Below are positions 20,323 to 28,347 of a stretch of DNA of 64,000 nucleotides, in pieces. The notes under the pieces are model-generated. The model searched no databases. It saw only the letters and a list, made by a program, of their open reading frames with translations, and was not told where the DNA came from. Made by a program: the position numbers and the translations under genes. Origin of the DNA: Candidatus Levyibacteriota bacterium (GTDB lineage Bacteria; Patescibacteriota; Microgenomatia; Levybacterales; UBA12049); the NCBI GenBank assembly GCA_963790825.1, contig CAWBPM010000002.1, positions 423,159 to 487,158 of the forward strand, in the 5' to 3' direction. Position 1 is the stretch's first letter. Each line of letters opens with the position of its first letter.

Positions 20323-20565
20323 TCAAGACAAATACGTCAAGACGATTAAAAGAGGAACTATAGTTAGTGCTAGTTCTCTATTTTCAAATTTGGTTTTCAA
20401 TCTTTCTCTATATTCTTGTTGATCTTGCTCTGTCTCAGTTGAATGATCTTCATGTGATAATTTTGCTACTTCGTCTAAAACTCCGACTGGAATGAAGGAT
20501 GTAAAAGATGGTTTTTCTTCTTCTATTTTAAAAAATGTTGTTAGTGAATATCCTGATAAATCCAT
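20323..20565 (-). CDS. hypothetical small protein
   Basis: 80-aa ORF at the head of the minus-strand island operon; no recognisable domain. Confidence 0.2.
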   Translation of the reverse strand: MDLSGYSLTTFFKIEEEKPSFTSFIPVGVLDEVAKLSHEDHSTETEQDQQEYRERLKTKFENRELALTIVPLLIVLTYLS

Positions 20566-20729
20566 ATTTATTTTAACTAAATTCTATCAAGGACTATACA
20601 TTTTTGCAACTTATAATTAAGCTCATAAACTGAAAATTTGAGATGCTTAATATTAATTGTTTAAAAGAAATACTTTGAGATTCGAACTGTTCTCTACTGG
20701 TCACAAATTTCGAAGCTAAAAATGATTAG

Positions 20730-20812
20730 TGCGGATGAGAGGAGTTGAACCTCCACGCCCTTGCGAGCACTACCACCTCAAGGTAGCGTGTATACCATTT
20801 CACCACATCCGC
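20730..20812 (-). tRNA. tRNA-Leu (anticodon GAG), type II
   Basis: The reverse complement folds as a cloverleaf: acceptor gcggatg/catccgc, anticodon loop ttGAGgt, long variable arm, T-arm gaggttcaactcctc. Confidence 0.85.
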
Positions 20813-20965
20813 GAACTTTAGGGACAAAACCTAACGGTTTTTTCCCAACGATTTTCCCTTTAAGGATGCGCCTTAGCACGAATCCTGACGGCATGCTGTT
20901 CGGCGCAGTTATATCAATTTGAAGAACCATTCTTCAATATTAGCGAATCATTATCACTAATCCTG

Positions 20966-21048
20966 TGCCGCGGAGAGGAGTTGAACCTCCACGCCCTTGC
21001 GAGCACAGCGTTCTGAACACTGCGTGTATACCATTTCACCACCGCGGC
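20966..21048 (-). tRNA. tRNA-Leu (anticodon CAG), type II
   Basis: The reverse complement has an acceptor gccgcgg and anticodon loop ttCAGaa. The D-arm, variable arm and T-arm are identical to the neighbouring tRNA-Leu(GAG). Confidence 0.85.
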
Positions 21049-21149
21049 TTTTTCCTCTGGTAAACCACAGTATAGCAAACTACCGCCTATTCTACCAGAA
21101 GGCTAAAAACTTGACAACCGAGTTAAAATTTGTCATATTAGAAGTACAG

Positions 21150-21716
21150 ATGAGAAAGCTTATACTGCTCGTAACTTTCTTCGCAGCGACGCCGCTGGTT
21201 TTTTTGTTAAGCCTCATATTTGTGTTATTTCTTTCCTATCAAAAAAATTCTCATTCTTTAGCCACGACACAAAAGATAGATTATGCTGCCCTGCCTACGA
21301 ATGAGAATACATTCAGTGATTCAATCTCCTCAACTGATGCCAGAGTAGAAATGATCCGCCAATTTCTCTCCCGTTATAATTCGCCGCTTGAGCCTTATTC
21401 CCAGGATATTGTAGATACCGCCGATAAATACAGCCTCGATTTTCGGCTCATTCCGGCTATCGCGATGCAGGAGTCAGGGTTATGTAAAACTATTCCCCCA
21501 AACTCGTATAATTGCTGGGGATTTGGCATTTATACCGGACATACCACCATGTTCAATAATTACCCGGAAGCAATTGAAAAAGTAAGCGAAACGCTGGCTA
21601 CCAAGTATAAAAACAACGGCCTTGAAACGCCTGAACAGATCATGACTATGTATACTCCTTCGAGTAAGGGAAGTTGGGCAAACGGGGTTAATAATATCAT
21701 GAATCAGCTTCAGTAG
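21150..21716 (+). CDS. secreted glucosaminidase/muramidase-like domain protein
   Basis: The ATG at 21150 gives an N-terminal TM/signal segment (KLILLVTFFAATPLVFLL). The C-terminal ...AIAMQESGLCK...NCWGFGIY resembles the FlgJ/glucosaminidase motif. The longer track ORF overlaps the tRNA and is rejected. Confidence 0.4.
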   Translation: MRKLILLVTFFAATPLVFLLSLIFVLFLSYQKNSHSLATTQKIDYAALPTNENTFSDSISSTDARVEMIRQFLSRYNSPLEPYSQDIVDTADKYSLDFRLIPAIAMQESGLCKTIPPNSYNCWGFGIYTGHTTMFNNYPEAIEKVSETLATKYKNNGLETPEQIMTMYTPSSKGSWANGVNNIMNQLQ

Positions 21717-21846
21717 CCTATAATAATGCCTCTTGACAAACCTATAGTTATCTGATATATTTCTATATAGATCCTGAGGTTTGTTTTCCAACACAGACGT
21801 CAGGATTTTTATCAACACCTTACTGTAAAGAAACAGAAAGGAAATT

Positions 21847-22401
21847 ATGAGAAAACAATTTTTTGTTTTCCTCGCAGTTCTATCCTTCTATACTGCGCTT
21901 TCTCCTCAAAAAATTTATGCCCTCACAAGTTCTGCGCCTTCGGCAGAAATTACTAAACTTTCTGGAATAACGAAAGCGGATGATCGCGGGCAAATTTTAC
22001 GTGACTATTTAAACAGCTATAATTCACCGCTTGCAGATTCTGCCGATTCTTTTGTGAAAGAAGCTGACAAAAACGGAATTGACTGGAAATTATTAGTTGC
22101 CATTTCGGGAACCGAATCATATTTTGGCCAACAGTTACCGCTCGGTTCGTATAATGCCTGGGGTTATGGTATTTATGGCACCAACGTACGTTATTTTATT
22201 TCCTGGAATGACGGAATTCGTGTCGTTTCGAAAGATATTCGCAGTCTTTATATGAATAAATGGGGTGCGAAAGATATTTACGGGATAGGCAGGCTCTATG
22301 CTGCGGATCCTCTGTGGGCATATAAAGTAACGCATTATATGGACCAGATTGAATCGTTTCAAACCGAAGAAGAGAATCAAACTCTTTCAATTTCTCTCTA
22401 A
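21847..22401 (+). CDS. secreted glucosaminidase/muramidase-like domain protein (paralog)
   Basis: It has a signal peptide. LLVAISGTESYFG...NAWGYGIYG is paralogous to the upstream gene. Confidence 0.4.
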   Translation: MRKQFFVFLAVLSFYTALSPQKIYALTSSAPSAEITKLSGITKADDRGQILRDYLNSYNSPLADSADSFVKEADKNGIDWKLLVAISGTESYFGQQLPLGSYNAWGYGIYGTNVRYFISWNDGIRVVSKDIRSLYMNKWGAKDIYGIGRLYAADPLWAYKVTHYMDQIESFQTEEENQTLSISL

Positions 22402-22554
22402 ATCATCTATAATAGCCACATTGTTAGGGCAGGGACGAGGCAATCCATATAATTTGCGCGCCTGGACCGCTATGTACCGGAGTTACCGGTCTAGCGCCTC
22501 AAATAGAGGAAGAAAGGTAGAAAGAAACCAGGAGTGTCTTTCTAAGCAGTGCTC

Positions 22555-22638
22555 GCGGACGTGGTGAAATGGTAGACACGCAAGGTTTAGGACCTTGTGG
22601 CCTCAACAGCCGTGGGGGTTCAAGTCCCTTCGTCCGCA
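22555..22638 (+). tRNA. tRNA-Leu (anticodon TAG), type II
   Basis: gcggacg...cgtccgca acceptor; anticodon stem caagg/ccttg with loop ttTAGga; long variable arm; T-arm ggggttcaagtccc. Confidence 0.85.
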
Positions 22639-22657
22639 CAAAAAAGGTCTAAACTAT

Positions 22658-23491
22658 ATGGCAACACAATCAACAATTACAAGACACGAAAATGGCGACA
22701 TTACTCTCGCGATTGCTATCCCGTGGATTACGGTAAAAAAAATCCGGGAAGCTGTTTTGGACGAAATAGTTACGACTTCAGAAATTCAAGGATTTCGTAA
22801 AGGAAAAGCGCCGAGAGAGCTTGTAGAAAAACAGATAAATCCGCAGAAATTTCAGGAAGAAGTTTTAAGAAAAGTACTTCCTGAAGCCTATATCCAAGCA
22901 GTTGGGGAACACAAATTGCAGCCTTTGGTTAACCCTAAAATTCACGTTGATAAATTAGAAGAGGAAAAAGACTGGAAATTTGAAGCAACAACCTGCGAAA
23001 TGCCCGAGATAAATCTGGGAATATATAAAGATGAGGTGAAGAAAATTACGGCAAAAAGTAAAATTATCATACCCGGAAAAAAACCGGAGGAGGTAAGTTT
23101 TGATGTGATTATGAATGCTATTTTATCTGTAGTAAAAATATCGGTGCCCCACATGCTTGTAGAGCAGGAAGTTGACAGGCTTCTCTCCCAAACGCTTGAT
23201 GAAATTAAAAAACTGGGTTTAACACTCGACCAATATTTACAATCTACTAAAAAGTCCCCTGAACAGCTACGAAGCGAGTACGGACAAAAAGCAGAAAATG
23301 ATATTAAAATTGAGTTAATCCTGCAGAAAATTGCGGAAACAGAAAAAATTACGGTTGAAGAAAAAGAAATTAGTGAAGCAATTGAAAAAGCAAAAGATGC
23401 AAAAGAAAAACAATATTTAGAAGGTAATAAATACATGCTCGCCAGTATCCTCCGGCAGCAAAAAACCCTTGATTTTCTTAAGAATCTGTGA
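22658..23491 (+). CDS. tig: trigger factor (short form lacking PPIase domain)
   Basis: Starting at ATG 22658: MATQSTITRHENGDITLAIAIPWITVKK...GFRKGKAP (trigger-factor hallmark), with an extended C-terminal helical region. Confidence 0.6.
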   Translation: MATQSTITRHENGDITLAIAIPWITVKKIREAVLDEIVTTSEIQGFRKGKAPRELVEKQINPQKFQEEVLRKVLPEAYIQAVGEHKLQPLVNPKIHVDKLEEEKDWKFEATTCEMPEINLGIYKDEVKKITAKSKIIIPGKKPEEVSFDVIMNAILSVVKISVPHMLVEQEVDRLLSQTLDEIKKLGLTLDQYLQSTKKSPEQLRSEYGQKAENDIKIELILQKIAETEKITVEEKEISEAIEKAKDAKEKQYLEGNKYMLASILRQQKTLDFLKNL

Positions 23492-23526
23492 TATACCTTT
23501 CTCAAGGCGTTAAGGAGGCTGGTTTT

Positions 23527-24213
23527 ATGGCAGGAAAGACCACACACACAAAAGTGGGTAAAACAAAAACACTGAACCCATTTGAGTCTTTGACAGAGAC
23601 GATTACACAACCTTTTACCGACTTGGGAAAGGGTATACTTCATACTGCTCAAGACGAATTGAAAATATCTTCTCTTTTAGCTGTCGACCAAATTTTATCC
23701 ACAGAACACAAAATTGAAGTGCGGGAACATAAAGACTTAGCCAAAGAGGGGGAAATTTTTAATGCAGGTAAAAAAATCGAAACAGCTCCGAAAGCGAAAC
23801 GTATTGATGCTGCACCCGCGATGGAATATTTTAGCCAATTTAGTAATAAAGATATTATTCATTCGGGTGAACGTTTACAGTCAAGAGAGGCTCGTGAAAT
23901 GGAGCAAACGATCCAAAACATTAAAGCAGAATTATTGCACTTAGTTTCCTCATCAAATGTAGTATTGCAGGCAGAATTTGCCCAAGTAGCAGTTGAACAG
24001 GCTCCCGTAAACCCGGGAAAATATCATCTTGGTTTCTTTGAATGGATTTTAGAGCTCATTAAACAAACTCGCATGAAAGTAGAAGACTCAGGTGCATGGA
24101 TTGCGGCTGTCAGCAGCAAAAAAGGTAAAAAAGGGTATTGGAATATGTTTAAAAAACACGGAACGAGTTTTGGTCTGTCAAATGAACGGACTGTTGCTAC
24201 ACAAACCGGATAA
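23527..24213 (+). CDS. hypothetical protein
   Basis: AAGGAGG sits 7 nt upstream of ATG 23527 (MAGKTTHTK...). No recognised domain. Confidence 0.4.
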   Translation: MAGKTTHTKVGKTKTLNPFESLTETITQPFTDLGKGILHTAQDELKISSLLAVDQILSTEHKIEVREHKDLAKEGEIFNAGKKIETAPKAKRIDAAPAMEYFSQFSNKDIIHSGERLQSREAREMEQTIQNIKAELLHLVSSSNVVLQAEFAQVAVEQAPVNPGKYHLGFFEWILELIKQTRMKVEDSGAWIAAVSSKKGKKGYWNMFKKHGTSFGLSNERTVATQTG

Positions 24214-24340
24214 TATTTTGCCTCTTGTAAAATAACTGGCTAGTGTTCTACAATAAGAAAATAATGACAGTTGTAAATAAGTTTATTATTCGCCTTATTA
24301 ACCATTTCTAGCGGGTTAATTTGCGTGAGTACCAAATTAT

Positions 24341-24362
24341 CCCGCGAAAGCGGGTTTTTTTT
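24341..24362 (+). terminator. rho-independent terminator
   Basis: cccgcGAAAgcggg hairpin followed by T8. Confidence 0.6.
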
Positions 24363-24366
24363 ATGA

Positions 24367-24600
24367 TTTGGAAGGGGGGTGAATCTTATGAATGCAGAAA
24401 GAAGGGGAAATTATTCAGTATTACCAGTCATACGAATGGAATCTTGGCAGATGACAAGGGCCGTACTGCAAGCGGCAGGAGATGAGGTAGCCGAAAGAAG
24501 ACCGGGACTGACCATGACGGATGCCCTGAAAGGTTTTAAGCCTGCTCCTGTTTGGGAAACAAGACATACAAAATGAGCAATTATCCAAACAAGGGAGGAC
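24367..24600 (+). ncRNA. candidate structured ncRNA (class unresolved) upstream of tRNA-Val/thrS
   Basis: This ~230-nt non-coding stretch is much more GC-rich than its surroundings. It begins GGAAGGGGGGUG and contains complementary segments (GGCAGGAG/CUCCUGC; GGGCC...GCCC) and a GAAA loop. The only ORF (65 aa) has no recognisable family. Confidence 0.25.
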
Positions 24601-24710
24601 ATTAAGTTTTAATAAAAAATGACTTGGGTAAAAAAAGAGGAGGGATGGGTAATTTATAACCTGTGTTATAATTGCTAGATACGGGTTCTTATTCTAGTTA
24701 AATAAGATGT

Positions 24711-24784
24711 GGAGCTGTAGCTCAGCTGGTTAGAGCGTTTCATTGACATTGAAAAGGTCACAGGTTCGAATCCTGTTAGCTCCA
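24711..24784 (+). tRNA. tRNA-Val (anticodon GAC)
   Basis: ggagctg acceptor; D-arm gctcagctggttagagc; anticodon stem tttca/tgaaa with loop ttGACat; T-arm acaggttcgaatcctgt. Confidence 0.85.
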
Positions 24785-25233
24785 CAAATATTTCGCTTAT
24801 AATCATTGAGATAGAACAGATGAATAGTCACTCCGACCATTTCACCGGAGATTGTGTTTATCAACTTTTAAGCAAATATCTACAAAATAAAAATCTTATC
24901 ATGTATTGTTTAGCTTGACTGGGAAAGTTCTCCTGATATAATAAGTGCAAAGATGTTTCTTGAGAATGGGTCAAAGATAGTTCTGGGACCGGGTGTAAGA
25001 ATGTTGAAAGACGGGGCAGTAGCTCAGGATATGGAATTTTGGTTGAGAAGAAAATCAAGAGAGCAGGACGACAAAGAAGCCCAAGAACGTATAAATATTT
25101 ATTTACACAAGAAGAAACTGGACATCATACAAGCAAATACCTCAATTCAGTTGCCTAATCATACGAAAGTTTCTAAATAAGCATCAGTTCTCTTTTCTTA
25201 ACCTCACATTTCTGCTATAGTACAGATAAACTT

Positions 25234-26955
25234 ATGAATAACGATGTGTTATTAAACCTTCGCCATTCCAGCGCACATTTACTCGCAGCAGCAATACTGA
25301 AGCTTTGGCCCGGTACTCTGCGCGCCATAGGTCCGGCAATCGAGAACGGGTTTTATTATGATTTTGAATTTAAAAATCCTATTTCTGAAGACGATTTTCC
25401 TAAAATTGAACAGTCTATGCGGGAATTGCTAAAAACGTGGAAGGATTTTAAACAAAACGAAATTTCGCTGGAAGATGCAAAAAAACAATTTAAACATGAA
25501 CCATACAAATTAGAGCTCATCGAAGAATTCAGCCACGATGGGCAGAAATTAACAACTTATATCTCTGGAGAATATACAGATCTTTGTAAAGGCGGACACG
25601 TCGATAATCCCGAAAAAGAGATCGGTGCATTTAAACTGCTCTCCCTTGCCGGAGCGTATTGGCGAGGATCTGAGAAAAATAAAATGCTGACCAGAATTTA
25701 TGGTACCGCTTTCTCGACGAAGAAAGAATTGGATCAATATTTAGCTATGCTTGAAGAAGCAAAAAAGAGGGATCATAAAAAACTCGGACCGCAACTTGAA
25801 TTATTTATGTTCCACGAAACAGCTCCGGGTATGCCGTATTGGCTACCAAAAGGCGTTACGCTGTATAACGAACTAATAAATTTCTGGAGAGAAGAACATA
25901 AAAAAAGGAATTACCTGGAAACTATTTCTCCGATTGTTAATAAAAAAGAATTATACGTCACATCAGGACATTTCGCACACTATTGGGAAGATATGTTTCA
26001 CTTTGAAACAAAAGACGGCGAAGAATATGGATTAAAAGCTATGAATTGCCCAAATGCCATGGTGATTTTTGGAGCAAAAACCAGAAGCTATAAAGATTTA
26101 CCATTACGATTTTCGGATACTGATACTCTTCATCGCAATGAGCGGTCAGGCACTCTGAACGGCCTTTTAAGAGTGCGGGAGTTTCGCCAGGACGATGCAC
26201 ATTGTTTTGTAACTGAAGATCAAATTAAAGAGGAATATGAACGTATCTTTGAAATCACTGAAAGATTTTATTCAATTTTTAATATGAGTTTCTCTTTCCG
26301 TTTAGGCACGAGGCCTGAAAATTACATGGGGGATATCGATTCGTGGAACAGAGCTGAAAAAGAGTTAAAAGAAATTTTGGAAATTTCAAAAAAACCCTAT
26401 TCTATTTTAGAAGGTGATGGAGCATTTTATGGTCCAAAGGTTGATATTTTAATGAAAGATTCTATCGGCAGAAGTTGGCAGATGGGAACAATTCAATTAG
26501 ATTTTCATCAACCAAAAAACTTTAATTTAAAATACACCGATGCAGATGGTAAAGAAAAAACACCAATTGCAATTCACCGCGTCATTTACGGATCACTTGA
26601 GCGCTTCATCGGAATTTTAATTGAACATACTGCCGGTGTCTTTCCACTTTGGCTCGCCCCGGTTCAATTTACCATTATTCCGATTGCCGATCGGCATAAT
26701 GAATACGGAGAAAAGTTACTCGAAGAGTTACTGGGGAAAAACATTCGGGCAGAGATGGATACCCGTCCGGAACGGCTTCAGGCTAAAATTCGCGATGCTA
26801 CTTTACAAAAGGTACCCTTCATGGGTATAATAGGGGACAGAGAAATCGAGAAAAAGACGATTTCTGTTCGTAGTCGAGAAGGGAAAGATTTGGGCAGTCT
26901 AGAAATTTCCCAACTGCTCGGGAAATTACAAGAAGAAATTGATAAAAAGACATAA
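25234..26955 (+). CDS. thrS: threonyl-tRNA synthetase
   Basis: 573 aa; class II core and anticodon-binding regions (RDHKKLGPQLELFMFHE...; ...HRVIYGSLERFIGILIEH). Confidence 0.9.
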   Translation: MNNDVLLNLRHSSAHLLAAAILKLWPGTLRAIGPAIENGFYYDFEFKNPISEDDFPKIEQSMRELLKTWKDFKQNEISLEDAKKQFKHEPYKLELIEEFSHDGQKLTTYISGEYTDLCKGGHVDNPEKEIGAFKLLSLAGAYWRGSEKNKMLTRIYGTAFSTKKELDQYLAMLEEAKKRDHKKLGPQLELFMFHETAPGMPYWLPKGVTLYNELINFWREEHKKRNYLETISPIVNKKELYVTSGHFAHYWEDMFHFETKDGEEYGLKAMNCPNAMVIFGAKTRSYKDLPLRFSDTDTLHRNERSGTLNGLLRVREFRQDDAHCFVTEDQIKEEYERIFEITERFYSIFNMSFSFRLGTRPENYMGDIDSWNRAEKELKEILEISKKPYSILEGDGAFYGPKVDILMKDSIGRSWQMGTIQLDFHQPKNFNLKYTDADGKEKTPIAIHRVIYGSLERFIGILIEHTAGVFPLWLAPVQFTIIPIADRHNEYGEKLLEELLGKNIRAEMDTRPERLQAKIRDATLQKVPFMGIIGDREIEKKTISVRSREGKDLGSLEISQLLGKLQEEIDKKT

Positions 26956-27544
26956 ACATAAACAAGAACAGAAACGGTTTTACCGGACTAATGAGCGTAT
27001 TTTCGCGACTACGCTTCGAGTGCTGGACAGTACGGGTACGCAAGTCGGCATCATAACGAAAGCTGAAGCGCTGCAGATATCGCATCAACAAGGCTTGGAT
27101 TTGGTTGAGATTGCTCCGACAGCGGAGCCGCCGGTTGCAAAAATTATCGATTTCAAAAAGTTTCTTTACCAGGAAGAGAAAAAGAAACGTGAGGAGAAAA
27201 GAAAGGCAAAAGTGTCCGAGACGAAGGAAATTCGGCTTGGACCTTTTATGTCTGATTATGATTTACAAACCATGGTCAGACGAGGGAGAGAATTTCTCGA
27301 AGACGGTGATAAAGTACGCTTAGTTTTAAAATTTAAAGGAAGACAAATTACGCATCCTGAGTTCGGACAGAGTGTTGTACGAAAAATTATTGAAGCTCTG
27401 GCGGACATTTCGAAAGTTGATCGGGAGGCGCATTTCGAAGGAAAACAGTTAATAGCATTGCTGTCAGCAGAAAGGAATAAAAAACATGAAAAAAAAGATC
27501 AAAGACTCAGTAGCAAAACGCTTCAAAGTAACGAAGACCGGTAA
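26939..27544 (+). CDS. infC: translation initiation factor IF-3
   Basis: ...VGIITKAEALQISHQQGLDLVEIAPTAEPPVAKIIDFKKFLYQ...KEIRLGPFMSDYDLQ... It overlaps the thrS 3' end. There is no in-frame ATG, so the start is probably TTG, ATA or ATT, as is common for infC. Confidence 0.8.
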   Translation: MIKRHKHKQEQKRFYRTNERIFATTLRVLDSTGTQVGIITKAEALQISHQQGLDLVEIAPTAEPPVAKIIDFKKFLYQEEKKKREEKRKAKVSETKEIRLGPFMSDYDLQTMVRRGREFLEDGDKVRLVLKFKGRQITHPEFGQSVVRKIIEALADISKVDREAHFEGKQLIALLSAERNKKHEKKDQRLSSKTLQSNEDR

Positions 27545-27680
27545 GGTAATGTTTGAACACCAGTACGGTAGTCATAAAAAACTGCATAAATCAGCCGGAA
27601 GACAAAGGAGACAAAAAGAACCGGGTATTCTTAGAGGAAAATTCGCAAAGAAAATCAAACAAATGCTAGGAGAAGCATAA
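27486..27680 (+). CDS. rpmI: ribosomal protein L35
   Basis: 64 aa, basic; the KRFK(V)TKTGK motif is typical of L35. Confidence 0.8.
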   Translation: MKKKIKDSVAKRFKVTKTGKVMFEHQYGSHKKLHKSAGRQRRQKEPGILRGKFAKKIKQMLGEA

Positions 27681-27755
27681 AAAGAATTCAAAATTTAGAA
27701 TTCAGAACTATAAATTAAATTCTGGATTTTGAACTATAAATTCTAAATTATAATT

Positions 27756-28109
27756 ATGGTACGAGTGAAAAGAGGGATGGTTTCCCGAAGAAAACATAAT
27801 AAATTATTAGGCCTTACGAAAGGTTATCGCGGCACGAAAAGTAAATTGACGAAGATGGCACATGAAGCATCAATTCATGCAGGCCAATACGCATTTCATG
27901 GACGGAAGCTGCGCAAACGTGATTTCAGATCTTTGTGGATAATCCGTATTGGTGAAGCTGCGAAAAGAGAAGGTCTGACTTACAGCGTTTTTATGGATAA
28001 GCTGAAAAAAGCTCATATCGAACTGGACCGAAAGATATTAAGTGATTTGGTGGTCAATGACCCCGAAGTGTTCAAGCAAATTGTTGAAAACGTAAAAACC
28101 GACAATTAA
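27756..28109 (+). CDS. rplT: ribosomal protein L20
   Basis: MVRVKRGMVSRRKHNKLL...FRSLWIIRI is a clear L20 match. Confidence 0.9.
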   Translation: MVRVKRGMVSRRKHNKLLGLTKGYRGTKSKLTKMAHEASIHAGQYAFHGRKLRKRDFRSLWIIRIGEAAKREGLTYSVFMDKLKKAHIELDRKILSDLVVNDPEVFKQIVENVKTDN

Positions 28110-28111
28110 TT

Positions 28112-28186
28112 ATGTATTTACAAAGTTCACAGACATTATTCTTTTACTTTACTTCCCGCAAAGTCGGGAGGTTTGTTGGTGCATAA
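28112..28186 (+). CDS. Phe-rich leader peptide (pheM-like) of pheST attenuator
   Basis: 24-codon ORF MYLQSSQTLFFYFTSRKVGRFVGA immediately after rplT. It has a run of Phe codons and is followed by hairpins and a terminator. Confidence 0.5.
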   Translation: MYLQSSQTLFFYFTSRKVGRFVGA

Positions 28187-28220
28187 GCTGTACTAACCAG
28201 GAGTAAAATCCAAACAAGAT

Positions 28221-28243
28221 CTCCCCAACGGGGAGGTTTTTTT
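28221..28243 (+). terminator. attenuator terminator upstream of pheS
   Basis: ctccccAACggggag hairpin followed by T7. An upstream alternative hairpin lies at 28151-28170 (cttcccgcaaagtcgggagg). Confidence 0.55.
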
Positions 28244-28347
28244 GTGGTTAAACCATTCGTCTCCGTTAGTTGACGGATTTAGATGATGGTCGGATTTCTT
28301 AAAAAAACAAACGGGCCAATATTCCTATTCAAAAGGAAAGGTAAATA

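Noticed and set aside
20680-20725. A second tRNA-like remnant (gagattcgaactgttctc) just upstream of tRNA-Leu(GAG).
   Set aside because: Only a T-loop-like heptamer matches. The stems do not pair, and similarity to the neighbouring tRNA is weak.
20997-21149. The track ORF start at 20997, and likewise 22595 for the trigger factor, extending over the tRNA genes.
   Set aside because: These extensions overlap tRNA-Leu genes. Internal ATGs with signal-peptide or conserved N-terminal sequence (21150; 22658) are the plausible starts.
24367-24600. tmRNA (5' GGGGGGUGAAUCU resembles a tmRNA acceptor/D-analog).
   Set aside because: No T-arm (GGUUCGA) or CCA-proximal acceptor complement at the 3' end, and no tag-peptide reading frame ending in ..AA*.
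26939-26955. An 8-codon overlap of infC with thrS, as a possible frameshift or annotation error.
   Set aside because: infC commonly initiates at non-ATG codons (ATT/ATA/TTG) and overlaps the thrS end. The IF-3 conserved region begins well downstream, so no lesion needs to be invoked.
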